Positions 32,547 to 45,372 of a stretch of DNA of 64,000 bases are shown one piece after another. The stretch is from Thermoanaerobaculia bacterium (GTDB lineage: Bacteria > Acidobacteriota > Thermoanaerobaculia > Multivoradales > UBA5704). The position numbers and the translations under genes were made by a program. The notes under the pieces are model-generated. The model was given only the letters and a program-made list of their open reading frames with translations. It searched no databases and was not told the DNA's origin. Each line of letters opens with the position of its first letter. The first letter of the stretch is position 1. The DNA is taken from NCBI GenBank assembly GCA_044226625.1, contig JBGAGQ010000018.1:1-64000 (forward strand), read 5' to 3'.

Positions 32547-33410
32547 ATGCTTTTCCTTCGCCGCCGCTCGCTGGAGCTCGTACTGTTCCTCGCTCCCGTC
32601 GCGGTCCTCGGATGTTTCGGTCCGACGGCCGGCGGGAAAGGATCCCGTACGCCGGGCATCGCTCCGCTCGGCGAAGCGGCGGTCGAGATCCGAAAAGGCA
32701 CCCCGGAGAGGGAGAGGATCCGCCTCGCGCCTCGCGGAATCGCCTACGGCCGCATCGGCGGCGCGGTCGAGCGGGCGGTCTATTCGAGCGACGACGTTCG
32801 CGAGGAGCTCGCGGCGCTGACCGGGGCCTACGCGCCGTTCAATCTCGTCGTGGGTTCCTCGAGGATTCGATTTCTCGGCCGAGGGGCGGCCGAGGCCTCG
32901 CCCGCCGAACGCCGGAGGATCTCGGAATGGGCTCTCTTCCTCGCGGCGGAGTCTTCGGGAGCGGGGGACGGGGTGCCGGCGCCGATCCTCTTCTGGCAAC
33001 GCGGAGGTGAAGGCGAGGCTTGCGACCGTCTCGGCATCGATCGCACCGCCGCGGTCTCCGGAGGGGCCTGCGGCGGCCTGGAGACCTCGCGACGTCTGGC
33101 CGGAGCGGATCTCGAAAAGCTCTACGGTTGGTTCGATCGCCTGGGACCGTTCGAAACCAGCTGGCTCGAGGGGCCGCCGGACGAGCAGCGGACGTTCCGC
33201 ATGGTCTTCGCGGGCGCTGGGCGATCCGGAGCGGGGGAGAGGGAGCGCGCTGAGATTGCCGTCTGGGCCGCGGAGGTCGCGGCGGATTTGAAACTCGAGG
33301 GGTCGCCTCGCTTTGCGCCCGCTCCTCGCCGCCTACCACCCGCTCCGCTCGCGCTGCCGGTCCGTTCGCCGATGCCGCCGCTTCTGCCTAGAACCAGCCC
33401 TTCTTTTTGA
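32547..33410 (+). CDS. Hypothetical protein, possible lipoprotein
   Basis: Fills the gap; N-terminal hydrophobic stretch ending VLGC; 3' end overlaps the corA 3' end by 23 bp. Confidence 0.5.
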   Translation: MLFLRRRSLELVLFLAPVAVLGCFGPTAGGKGSRTPGIAPLGEAAVEIRKGTPERERIRLAPRGIAYGRIGGAVERAVYSSDDVREELAALTGAYAPFNLVVGSSRIRFLGRGAAEASPAERRRISEWALFLAAESSGAGDGVPAPILFWQRGGEGEACDRLGIDRTAAVSGGACGGLETSRRLAGADLEKLYGWFDRLGPFETSWLEGPPDEQRTFRMVFAGAGRSGAGERERAEIAVWAAEVAADLKLEGSPRFAPAPRRLPPAPLALPVRSPMPPLLPRTSPSF

Positions 33411-34488
33411 AGAAGAGGATCAAGGCGAGGGCGACCGCCGCCATCAAGCCGAGCGCGAACGGATAGCCCATGACCCAATGGAGCTCGGGCATATTGAAGC
33501 GACTGACGGTGGAGTCGAAATTCATGCCGTAAACACCGGCGATGAAGGAGAGCGGAATGAAGATCGAAGACAGGATGGTGAGGACCTTCATGATCTCGTT
33601 CATGCGGTTGCTCGCGCTCGACAGATAAACGTCGAGCATGCCGCCGGCGAGCTCGCGATAGGTCTCGATCACGTCGATCGCCTGCACCACGTGGTCGTAG
33701 CAGTCGCGTAGGAAGACGCGGGTCTCGGCCGTGATCAGCTCCGAGCCGTCGCGCAAGATCGCGTTCAGGAGGTCGCGCTCCGGCCAGGCGGCGCGGCGCA
33801 ACATCAAGAGGTCGCGCTTGATCTTGTGAATCTGGTTCAGCAACCCCGGGGAGGGGCGGCCGATCAGCTCGTTCTCGAGCTTCTCGACCTCTTCGCCGTA
33901 ACGTTCGAGGACGGGGAAGAACTCGTCGATCAGCGCGTCGATGAGCGCGTAGGCGAGGTAGTCCGATCCGCGCTTACGAATCAAGCCGCGCCCCAGCCGG
34001 ATCCGCTCCCGAACCGCCTCCCACGAATCGCCGGGGATCTCCTGGAACGTGACCACGTAGCCCCGACCGAGGAAGAGGCTGATCTGCTCGCCGATCAGGT
34101 CGGTTTCGTGCTCGATCTGGACCGAGCGGAGGATCAGGAACTCGTGGTCGTCGTACGGCTCGACCTTCGGGCGCTGGCCGCAGTTGACCACGTCTTCGAG
34201 CGCGAGCTTATGGAAGCCGAAACGCTCGCCGAGCCGGGCGATCAGCTCGACGTCCGAGAGACCTTCGACGTTGATCCAGGTGACGCTGTCCCGCTCTTTG
34301 TAGGCGAACGCCTCTTCGATCCTGTCGAGGGTGCGTTCCTCCAAGTGATCCGGGCCGTAGTCGATGAGAGTGATCTTCACCGACCCGCCGCCCTCGGGGG
34401 CGGGGGCGAGGATGCCGGGCGCGCTACCAGGGCGGAAGCCGGGGCGCTTCAGATGGATTCGACGACCTTTGGATCGAGACCGCGCCAT
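33388..34488 (-). CDS. corA: CorA Mg2+/Co2+ transporter
   Basis: WINVEG, HKLALED, QRPKVE, NEIMKVLT, GVYGMNF, MPELHW; start reassigned to ATG 34488. Confidence 0.93.
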   Translation of the reverse strand: MARSRSKGRRIHLKRPGFRPGSAPGILAPAPEGGGSVKITLIDYGPDHLEERTLDRIEEAFAYKERDSVTWINVEGLSDVELIARLGERFGFHKLALEDVVNCGQRPKVEPYDDHEFLILRSVQIEHETDLIGEQISLFLGRGYVVTFQEIPGDSWEAVRERIRLGRGLIRKRGSDYLAYALIDALIDEFFPVLERYGEEVEKLENELIGRPSPGLLNQIHKIKRDLLMLRRAAWPERDLLNAILRDGSELITAETRVFLRDCYDHVVQAIDVIETYRELAGGMLDVYLSSASNRMNEIMKVLTILSSIFIPLSFIAGVYGMNFDSTVSRFNMPELHWVMGYPFALGLMAAVALALILFFKKKGWF

Positions 34489-34499
34489 GAGCCGAGAGG

Positions 34500-35147
34500 C
34501 TACAACATCGGATCCGCGGACGGACCATCGGACGGATCTCGTGCGGCATCGCTCGGCGATTCGAGCGGAAGGCCGGGATCTCCGGGCAGGGGGAGGATCG
34601 GTCTTCCCCCCAAGGGTGCCGCGACGGGCGGCGGCGCGAAGGGCGAGCGGACCGCTTGCGCTGTCGGGCGCTCGCGCTCGATGCGAGCCTGGGTCTCGTG
34701 GACGTCCGCCGCCAATTGGTCGAAGACGCGACGCGCCTTGCCGTGCGACCAGCCGAGCCGCATGCGGACCCAGCTTCGCCGGCTCTGGACCGAGATCACC
34801 CAGTCTGGGAGCAGGGCGCCGAGAACGATCCCCGCGGCACCCGCCGAGAGCATCGTGAGGGCGATGGTTCCGCCTCCGGCGTCGGCGATCGCTGGCGCGA
34901 TCAGGCCGATCGATAGGCCGAGCAGGCCGAGGCCGAGCATCGAGAGGACGCTTCGCCCGCGGTGGAGGGTCATCAGCTCGACCTCTTGAAACAGCACGCG
35001 GTGCCGGACGATCCGAAAGAAGCTCGACGTGTCGACCTCGAGCGATGGTCCCCGCCGGTAGATGCGGATCCGCTCGACCAAGCTCGCGTCTCGGGCGAGC
35101 AGCCGGCGCTCGGCGACGTATTCGGGAGCGGCGGCCTGAGCGGTCAT
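34500..35147 (-). CDS. Hypothetical membrane protein (two TM helices)
   Basis: ATGA coupling to the upstream gene; central hydrophobic hairpin. Confidence 0.6.
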   Translation of the reverse strand: MTAQAAAPEYVAERRLLARDASLVERIRIYRRGPSLEVDTSSFFRIVRHRVLFQEVELMTLHRGRSVLSMLGLGLLGLSIGLIAPAIADAGGGTIALTMLSAGAAGIVLGALLPDWVISVQSRRSWVRMRLGWSHGKARRVFDQLAADVHETQARIERERPTAQAVRSPFAPPPVAAPLGGRPILPLPGDPGLPLESPSDAARDPSDGPSADPML

Positions 35148-35776
35148 TTCTTGGCTCCCGCGCCGCTGAATCCCGCCGCTCCGGCAAACAGGATCGCAAT
35201 GAGCGCAAGGGAGAACAGGGTCATGAGCACACCCAGGACGATCGACACGATCGGCCCCGCCTTGCCTCCGACCTCGCGCCAGGCGCGCCTTTGGCGGAGC
35301 CCTTTGACCGCGAAGACGATCGCAAGCGGGCCGGCCAGAAACGCTCCGCAGGAGAGCAGCCAGCCGAGGATTCCCAAGGTGAGCGCGAGCGACGAGGCGT
35401 CGAAAAACTGGGTCTCGACCGCGGCGAACGATCCCTCGCGGCTGAGACGGTCGAAGCAGTCCGGACAGAGGTCATGCCCTTCGAGCGGGATGCGACACAG
35501 CTCGCAGATGAACACGCCGCAGCGCGAGCAGTTGGTCACCGACGCGTTGTTCGGGTGTTGGACGCAGGGTGTCGTTCCGAGTGCGGTCCCTTCGGGTCCG
35601 GCCGCGGGTTGGGGCAGTCGAACGACCGGGCCGGGAGGGGTGAACGCGACGACGGAAAAGGAAGTGCCGCAGAAGCCGCAGGTCTCTTCCGGCGGTCGCT
35701 CGAAGAACTCCGGCAGCGGCCTGCGGCATTTTGGGCAAAGCAGCGCGCGGCGAGGCGACGCGGCGATCAGGGCCAA
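35144..35776 (-). CDS. Zn-ribbon + B-box zinc finger + DUF4190-like membrane protein
   Basis: CPKC..CGFC, CVQHP..CSRCGVFICELC..CPDC, C-terminal TM helices; start uncertain (TTG 35776). Confidence 0.7.
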   Translation of the reverse strand: MALIAASPRRALLCPKCRRPLPEFFERPPEETCGFCGTSFSVVAFTPPGPVVRLPQPAAGPEGTALGTTPCVQHPNNASVTNCSRCGVFICELCRIPLEGHDLCPDCFDRLSREGSFAAVETQFFDASSLALTLGILGWLLSCGAFLAGPLAIVFAVKGLRQRRAWREVGGKAGPIVSIVLGVLMTLFSLALIAILFAGAAGFSGAGAKK

Positions 35777-36402
35777 TCGACCACCCGGGTCTTCGCCGCC
35801 ATGTCGTGAATGCACGTCCGCTCGGCGCCGAACGCGGTGAGGTAGTTGATGATTCCGAAGCAGGAGAGGAGGCCGAACGCCTGTTGGACCAGCGCTCGGA
35901 TCCAGGCCTGGCTGGGACGCACGTCGCTACCGTCCGGCGATACGACCTTGATGCCGATGATCCGCTTGCCGAACGTCTGGCCGCTCCGCGCGATCTGAAT
36001 CCCGTAATAGAGGATGCCGGCGACGAAGCCGAAGCCCATCAGCCCCAACTGGAGCGCGAGCTGCATTCCGAGCAGGAATCCGTTCGGTTCCGCCCCCGGC
36101 TTCATTAGGCCGGCGGGGATCATGAAGCCGAACATCGCGATCATGGTGATCGCTACGAGCGGAATGCCGAGGAAGATGCCATCGAGGAGGATCGCGACGA
36201 AACGGCGTCCGATCGTGGCGAGCCGGAGCGGGCCGCCGGTCGCCGCCGCGCCGGCCTGCAAATCGAGGAGACGCTGTACCTTGCACTCGGCGCAGAACGG
36301 CATTCCGCCCAGCTCGACGTAGCAATCGGGGCAGAAATTCTCCGCGCAACGCGCGCAGCGAACCAGTCCTTCTTCGACCCAAGGATGGTTTTTGCAAGGC
36401 AT
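35767..36402 (-). CDS. RDD family protein with N-terminal B-box zinc finger
   Basis: CKNHP..CARC..FCPDC..CAEC; RRFVAILLD, GQTFGK, HDMAAKTRVV. Confidence 0.9.
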   Translation of the reverse strand: MPCKNHPWVEEGLVRCARCAENFCPDCYVELGGMPFCAECKVQRLLDLQAGAAATGGPLRLATIGRRFVAILLDGIFLGIPLVAITMIAMFGFMIPAGLMKPGAEPNGFLLGMQLALQLGLMGFGFVAGILYYGIQIARSGQTFGKRIIGIKVVSPDGSDVRPSQAWIRALVQQAFGLLSCFGIINYLTAFGAERTCIHDMAAKTRVVDWP

Positions 36403-36515
36403 GTGGAATTCCCGTAACGCGTGCTCCGCGCGGAAGTTCGTAAGAGGCCGATGATGGCGTCAGGTAGACCCGGATATGCTATCAGACGCCAGAAAGGCGA
36501 AATGGTTTACCCGGA

Positions 36516-36818
36516 ATGATCGCCAGCCCTCAGAGCGCCGGACCGCAGACCTGCGCCTACCATCAGGACCGAGGCGCGCACGCTCGCTGCGTGTCGTGCC
36601 GCAAACCCCTTTGCCGCGGCTGCGCGACGCCGTGGGAAGGAATCTTCCTCTGCGCTGCATGCCTTTCGGAGCGCCGGGCGACGGTCGAGCGGAAGGGCTC
36701 GTTCTGGGGGTGGGGCAAGCTTGGCGTGGGATTGATCGCCGCGGCGGGCCTCGCGGTTCTCCTGCTCGCGTGGGTGCTGGGACTCTGGGCGGAGCTGCTG
36801 TCGGGGAGCGGTTCGTGA
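36516..36818 (+). CDS. Small B-box zinc-finger membrane protein
   Basis: CAYH..CVSCRKPLCRGC..CAAC followed by one TM helix; GTGA coupling to the next gene. Confidence 0.75.
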   Translation: MIASPQSAGPQTCAYHQDRGAHARCVSCRKPLCRGCATPWEGIFLCAACLSERRATVERKGSFWGWGKLGVGLIAAAGLAVLLLAWVLGLWAELLSGSGS

Positions 36819-37681
36819 GGGATCGCCTCGGCCTCGGCGAGCTGCTCGATCGCGCCGCCCAACTGGTACGCGAGCTGCCCGAACGGACGGCGCTCGCGAT
36901 GCTCGCCGGCCTGCCGTACCGGCTCCTCCAAGTCTGGCTGTTCCATCGCCTGATCGAGCTGGGCTCGACTGCGACCCAGCACGGTCGTTACCTGCTCTCC
37001 CTCTCGCTCTGGTCGATCGCGGCGCTGCCGCTCGCGTTCTGGGGCAAGGCACAGCTCGCTCGCGGCTGCTCGATCGCCCTCGCGGGGGAGGACGCCTCGC
37101 TCGCCCGGTCGCGCTTCGGCATCCCCTGTGCCGCGTTCCTCACGGGCCTGTATCCGGCGTTGGTGGCGCAGGCCTTATATCCCGCGTTCGGCTGGATGGT
37201 CCTCCCGTTGCCACTCGTCGCGGCCTACTCGGGTCTCGCCGCGGCGAGCGCCCCCTATCAGGAGAAGCCGGGCCTCTGGGTGCCCCTCGAGGTTCCCGCC
37301 CGCGGTTTCGCTTCCCCGGTGCTCCTCGCCGGGCTCTGGACCGCGACGGTGGTGGGCCTGGTGATCGCATGGTTCCAGATCTTCGTGCTGTTCGAGCTTG
37401 GCCTCTGGGCGGCCCAGACGGCGATCGGAGCCGGCGGGGTCTGGTGGCAGCAGGCGCTCTCTCCGTCGAACCGTTTGTTCGTGTTGCTGGTCATCGCCGG
37501 AGCGATCTTGGTGGTCGAGCCGTTCTGGATCGCCGGCCTGTCGATCTTGGTGCGGCGCGGTCGCGCGCGGGCGACGGGCGAGGACCTGAGCGCGTGGATT
37601 GCGGAGCTCGATGAGCTCGACGGGCCGGCCGGCGCGGAAGGGACCGCGGTCGAGACGAGCTCCGAGGAGAACGCCGCGTGA
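36815..37681 (+). CDS. Polytopic membrane protein of the MoxR cluster
   Basis: GTG start at 36815; LGELLDRA motif, several TM helices, C-terminal R..GEDL motif. Confidence 0.7.
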   Translation: MRDRLGLGELLDRAAQLVRELPERTALAMLAGLPYRLLQVWLFHRLIELGSTATQHGRYLLSLSLWSIAALPLAFWGKAQLARGCSIALAGEDASLARSRFGIPCAAFLTGLYPALVAQALYPAFGWMVLPLPLVAAYSGLAAASAPYQEKPGLWVPLEVPARGFASPVLLAGLWTATVVGLVIAWFQIFVLFELGLWAAQTAIGAGGVWWQQALSPSNRLFVLLVIAGAILVVEPFWIAGLSILVRRGRARATGEDLSAWIAELDELDGPAGAEGTAVETSSEENAA

Positions 37682-38760
37682 GGGGGCCGGCCGCGAAGGT
37701 GGCGATCGCCTGCGCTCTGCTCTCGGCTCTCGCCGTCCGTTCCGAACCGGCCTACGGACGGCCGTTCTCGGTCGAAGAATATCGCGATCGGCTGGAGGAG
37801 ATTCGCGTGGGGATCGCGGCCGGGGAGTGGCAGGGTCCGGGTGTCCTCGCGCGAGAGCTCCTCGCGAGTGACGGAATCGCTGGGCCCGGCGTCGAGCGCG
37901 TCGCGCCGGACGCCTCCTTGCTCGGGCCCATCTCTCGCGCCGGCAATCTCGCCGAGGCACGCGGACCGGCGGGCGAACATCTCCGACGTTTGGGCCATCT
38001 GGTGCGGGCCTTGGAAGCGCGGGAATCCGAGGGGGCTCAGAGCGCGACGGCCGCGGCGGATCGAGAGCGCCTTGCCCGGCTTGCGGCGCGGGAGAAGCTC
38101 GCCGCGCTTCCTTCGGGCGGAGCACTACCGGAAGCGAAGGTCCCGGAAGGTGTTCTCGACACCCTGTCCGACTTCTTCGAACCGCTCGCCCGGATCCTGC
38201 GCGCGATCGGGCGGGCGATTCTCGAGGCTTTCGATCGAATGTTCCGTGGGCGGGGGAAGCCGAAAGCCCAGAGCCGGTTTTCCGATTGGGTGATCGCGAG
38301 TGCGGTGGCGATCGCGCTCGCGCTGGCGGGTGCGGCGATCCTCTACGTTCGGCGGCGCAAGCGACGCGTCGATCTCAAGTGGCCCGACGAGGCGCCCCAG
38401 CCGCCCGCCGCCGACGACGATCCTCTCTCTCGAGAGGTGAGCGAGTGGGAGCGTTACGCCCATGAGCTCGAGCGCGCCGGCCGGTGTCGCGAGGCCGTGC
38501 GCGCCTGGTACCACGCGGTGCTGGTCGCCCTCTATCGCACCGGCTTCGTCCACTACCGGCGGGGACGAACCAACTGGGAGTACGTCTCCTCGCTCTCGCC
38601 GTCTTTGCCTGCGCGGCAAGGCTTCTCCGACCTCACCCGGCGGTTCGAACGCGAATGGTACGGACGAGAGGAGAGCGATCCGGAAGCGCTCGCCGCGGTC
38701 GAAGAGGTGGCGAGCGCCCTGCTCGAGGGCGTTCGCTCGCTCGGGGAGAAGGCCGCATGA
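37678..38760 (+). CDS. DUF4129 domain protein
   Basis: Signal/TM segments; REAVRAWY..L..G......RTNWEY..FEREWYG. Confidence 0.8.
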   Translation: MRGPAAKVAIACALLSALAVRSEPAYGRPFSVEEYRDRLEEIRVGIAAGEWQGPGVLARELLASDGIAGPGVERVAPDASLLGPISRAGNLAEARGPAGEHLRRLGHLVRALEARESEGAQSATAAADRERLARLAAREKLAALPSGGALPEAKVPEGVLDTLSDFFEPLARILRAIGRAILEAFDRMFRGRGKPKAQSRFSDWVIASAVAIALALAGAAILYVRRRKRRVDLKWPDEAPQPPAADDDPLSREVSEWERYAHELERAGRCREAVRAWYHAVLVALYRTGFVHYRRGRTNWEYVSSLSPSLPARQGFSDLTRRFEREWYGREESDPEALAAVEEVASALLEGVRSLGEKAA

Positions 38761-40202
38761 GGCGGCGCCGGGCCTCCTGGCTCGTCGTCGCCGTAGCGGC
38801 CTACGCGGTCGCGACGATCGTGTGGGTGGCGGGCGACCGGCGGGCCGAACGGGACGCGTTCGAAAATCCCGGCTCGAGCCTCGATCGCACCGCCGCGGGT
38901 ACCTCGCTTGCCCGCGCGTTCCTCGCCGAGCGGGCCGGTCCGGGCGGCCGGGTCGAGACCCTCCTGCGCCGCATCGAGCCCGAGGATCTGGCGGCCGACG
39001 CGGTCGTCTTCCGCCTGGCGCCCCCCGTGGCTCCCTCCTTCCTCAGCGTCGAGGAGCTCGAGAAGCGGTTGAGCGAAAAGAAGGACGGCGACCCAAGGGA
39101 CGGCAAGGATGACGGCAAGAAGGGCGGCACGGGCGTCGACTCCGAGGGCGAGAAGAGCGGCGACGAAGCCCCGAAAGGCTCGCCGCCCGCGGGGAACGTC
39201 GCTCCCGACCCAAACACCCCGAACGAGCCGGCGGCCGGCCCGGAAAAAGGAATCGGCGAGCGAGCGAAGGCCAAGGAAGCGCGCTCCAAACCCCCGAAGA
39301 AGACCGAGGGCGACGACGAGCCGGGCGAGGACGACGAGGGAGAAGAGGAGGAGCCCGCGCGTCCCGATCCTCTGCTCGCCGACGGTGAGGAGGCTTGGGT
39401 GCGGGCGGGGGGGCGGTTGGTGTTGGCGGTGGGCGGCGGGTATGGCCCTGTGCAGGTCGAAGAGCTCGAGGGAAAGGCCTCGATGGCCAAGGTTTTCCCC
39501 CTCTGGCCGGGCGTTCGGAAGCTCCAGCCGGAATCCGTCCGCGCTCTCGGCGGCTCGCCCGTTGCGGTTGGTACCGCCGTCTTCGTCGCCCAGGAGCGGC
39601 CGGTGATCTCGCGGATCATGATCGGGAGCGGCGAGGTGATCCTGATCGCGATTCCCGAGATCTTCGCCAACGAGCGTCTCGCCGCCGGAGACCACCTCGC
39701 GCTGCTCCAGGCGCTCGCCGGTCCTCCGGGGGCTCGGCCGGTCTATTTCGACGAGTGGAGCCACGGCTTCGCGCGGTCGAAAGGGACGCTCGCCCTCGCG
39801 CTGAGCTGGGGTTTCGGCCCCGCCTTGGGACTCGCCCTCGTCGCCCTGGCCGCCGGATTCTGGCGCGCCTGGAGGCCGATCGGCCCGCCCGAGCGCGAGG
39901 ACCCCGATTTGCGGAGCGAGGCGGTCGATCTGGTCGGCGCGCTCGGCGAGCTGTACGACCGCGCGCTTCGCCGGGTGGACGCGCTACGGCTCCATTACGA
40001 CAATCTGGTCCGCACGGTCGCGGCCGAGACGGGGCTCTCGGGCGCCGCGCTCGCCGCTCGAATTGCGGCTCTGCTGCCCGGCTTTTCGCCGCCCGCCCCG
40101 GGCGCGGCGGAGATCTCGCGCGAAGAGCTGCGCCAGAAGTTACGGCTCGTCAATGACGCTTTCGGGAGGATCGATGTCCGAACCCATGCACGCCGGCGCT
40201 GA
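38757..40202 (+). CDS. DUF4350 domain protein with an acidic low-complexity insertion
   Basis: ATG 38757 (ATGA overlap); SS..AAGT, WVRAGGRLVL, IGSGEVILI, FANERL, VYFDEWSHG, ALGELY. Confidence 0.75.
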   Translation: MRRRRASWLVVAVAAYAVATIVWVAGDRRAERDAFENPGSSLDRTAAGTSLARAFLAERAGPGGRVETLLRRIEPEDLAADAVVFRLAPPVAPSFLSVEELEKRLSEKKDGDPRDGKDDGKKGGTGVDSEGEKSGDEAPKGSPPAGNVAPDPNTPNEPAAGPEKGIGERAKAKEARSKPPKKTEGDDEPGEDDEGEEEEPARPDPLLADGEEAWVRAGGRLVLAVGGGYGPVQVEELEGKASMAKVFPLWPGVRKLQPESVRALGGSPVAVGTAVFVAQERPVISRIMIGSGEVILIAIPEIFANERLAAGDHLALLQALAGPPGARPVYFDEWSHGFARSKGTLALALSWGFGPALGLALVALAAGFWRAWRPIGPPEREDPDLRSEAVDLVGALGELYDRALRRVDALRLHYDNLVRTVAAETGLSGAALAARIAALLPGFSPPAPGAAEISREELRQKLRLVNDAFGRIDVRTHARRR

Positions 40203-41223
40203 AGCGCCGGGATCCAATCCAAATGCGGCGCCCGTCGCTGCCGCGCCGTCTCCGGCCGGTCCGTCGCCGGATATCGCCTGGGTCGGCCAGCGGTTCGCGG
40301 CCCTGTCGGCGGAGCTCGACCGCGTGGTCGTCGGCCAGGGGAGAGTCAAAGAACAGCTTCTCGCGTGCCTGCTCGCGGGGGGACACGCGTTGCTCGAAGG
40401 GGTGCCGGGCACCGCAAAGACGCTCCTCGCGCTCGCTCTGTCGAACTTGATCGGCGGGCGGTTCCGGCGCATCCAGTTCACGCCCGATCTGATGCCCGCG
40501 GACCTCTTGGGAACGAACGTCTTCAACCCGAAGACCCAGGAGTTCGATTTCCGCGCCGGGCCGATCTTTTGCGACCTGCTGCTCGCCGACGAGGTGAACC
40601 GGACGCCGCCGCGTACCCAGTCCGCGCTGCTCGAGGCGATGCAGGAGCGTTCCGCGACGATCGACGGCGAGCGGCGGCCGATCTCGCCGGTTTTCCTGGT
40701 AGTCGCGACCCAGAATCCGATCGAGTTCGAGGGGACCTATCCGCTCCCCGAGGCGCAGCGCGATCGGTTCCTGCTCAAGATCGCGATCGACGTGCCGACC
40801 GCCGAGGACGAGACGGCGGTGCTCACCGCCTACGCCGCCGGGCATCGCCTCCACGAGGAGGTGACGAAGCTCGTACCCGTCCTGTCGACGGAGGAACTGG
40901 TGGCGGCGCGCAAGCTCGCCTCGGAACGGGTCCGCGTGGAGCCGTCCTTGATCGCCTACATCCAGCGGGTCGTCGCGATGACGCGCGATCACGACTCGGT
41001 GCAGATCGGCGCCGGGCCGCGCGCATCGCTCGCCCTGCTCGACGTGGCACGGGCGATCGCGATCCTACGTGGGCGCGACTTCGCGACGCCGGACGACGTC
41101 AAGGAGATGGCCGAGCCGGTGCTCGTCCATCGCGTGATCCTCACGCCCGAGGCGGAGATGGAAGGGGTCCGCCTGAGCGACCTCCTGCGGCGGATCTTCG
41201 AGCAGGTGGAGGTCCCGCGCTGA
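40174..41223 (+). CDS. moxR: MoxR-family AAA+ ATPase
   Basis: GHALLEGVPGTAKT, RIQFTPDLMPAD, DEVNR, SALLEAMQE, ATQNPIE.EGTYPLPEAQRDRF; SD GGAGGA. Confidence 0.93.
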   Translation: MSEPMHAGAEAPGSNPNAAPVAAAPSPAGPSPDIAWVGQRFAALSAELDRVVVGQGRVKEQLLACLLAGGHALLEGVPGTAKTLLALALSNLIGGRFRRIQFTPDLMPADLLGTNVFNPKTQEFDFRAGPIFCDLLLADEVNRTPPRTQSALLEAMQERSATIDGERRPISPVFLVVATQNPIEFEGTYPLPEAQRDRFLLKIAIDVPTAEDETAVLTAYAAGHRLHEEVTKLVPVLSTEELVAARKLASERVRVEPSLIAYIQRVVAMTRDHDSVQIGAGPRASLALLDVARAIAILRGRDFATPDDVKEMAEPVLVHRVILTPEAEMEGVRLSDLLRRIFEQVEVPR

Positions 41224-41240
41224 GACCCGAGCTGCCCGCC

Positions 41241-42606
41241 GTGGGCCGGAAGACGAAGAACCGCTGGCGACCGACCGGGCGCTCGATCGGAGCGCTGCGG
41301 ATCGCCGCGGCGTTCGCGCTGCTCGCGCCCTGGGTGCCGTGGATGGCGGAGCTCGGAGGGCTCGTCGTGCTCGGTGTGGTGTTGCTGGCAGCGCGCGAGG
41401 CGCGGGCGCTACGACGCCTCACCTTCGTCGCCGAGCGTCCGGAGCGCAGCGTCCTTTCGCTCGGCGAGGACGAGGCGGTCCCGGTTGCGATCCGAATCGG
41501 GGGGATTCGAGAAAAGGATTTCGGAGGTCGCCTTTCCCTTCGCTTGCGCCAGCTCTGGCCCGATCTGATCGAACGGCGGGCGAGCGCCGCCGAGGAGAGC
41601 CCGGTTCTGCGCGCGGGCTCGATCTCGGTCCCTTTCGAGTTGCCGGTGCGCGCGGTCCAGCGAGGCGGAGCCGAGCTCGATCCGCCATGGCTCGCGGTCT
41701 CTCGGGACGGCTGGGTCGAACGGCTGGCGCCCGCCGAGCAGGAGCCTCGGCAGCCGTCAGTCACGGTGCTTCCGAGCCTGCTCGCGGTTCGCCGGATGCG
41801 CCGTGAGCTCGATCGGATGTTCCTCTCCGGGCTCGGCTCGCGCGCCGCGCCGCGCCTGGGGAAAGGGCGTGAGTTCGACCGGCTGCGCGAGTACGTCGCG
41901 GGCGACGACCTGCGCGACGTCGCCTGGAAAGCGACCGCCCGGCATGGCAAGCCGATCACCCGCGAGTTTCGGCTCGACCGGGCGCAGGACGTGTTGATCT
42001 GCGTCGATCGGGGCCACCGGATGGCAGCGCGGGTAGGGCCGATCACCCGGCTCGACCACGCGGCGAACGCTGCCGTCCTGCTCGCGTCGATTTGCAACCG
42101 GATGGAGGATCGGGTGGGGTTTCTCGGCTTCGACGACGAGGCCGACCCGAGCACGGCCGGGCTCGGCCAGGGGCGGGGGATGAAGCACCTACGCGCTCTC
42201 ACCGCGCGCGCCGCTGAGATCCGCACCGCCGATCGGCCGACCGACTACCTGGCGCTCGCCTCGCACGTGCGTCATCGATTGAAGACCCGCTCGCTGGTCG
42301 TGCTGATCACCGTCTTGCCGGAGCTCGACGAGGAACGGACGCTCGCCCGAGCCGTCGCCCAGCTCATGCCGCAGCACGTCGCGGTGGTCCTGACCTTCGC
42401 CGATCCGGCGCTCGAGGCGGAGGCGACCGCCTTGCCGGTGGAGAAAGACGAGCTCTGCCGCACCCTCGTCGCGCGCGACCTCTGGGTCGAGCGCCGAAGG
42501 ACGCTCGCCGACCTGCGGCGACGCGGCGCGATGGTGGTCGAGGCCGCGCCGGGCGACGCGGGGATCGAAGCGGTGAACGCCTATCTCGAGGTCAAGCGGC
42601 GCCAGC

Positions 42607-42614
<8 letters not shown>
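41241..42614 (+). CDS. DUF58 (vWA-like) protein
   Basis: [37 protein letters not shown]; start uncertain (41220-41241). Confidence 0.88.
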
Positions 42615-45363
<2,749 letters not shown>

Positions 45364-45372
45364 GGGCGGACA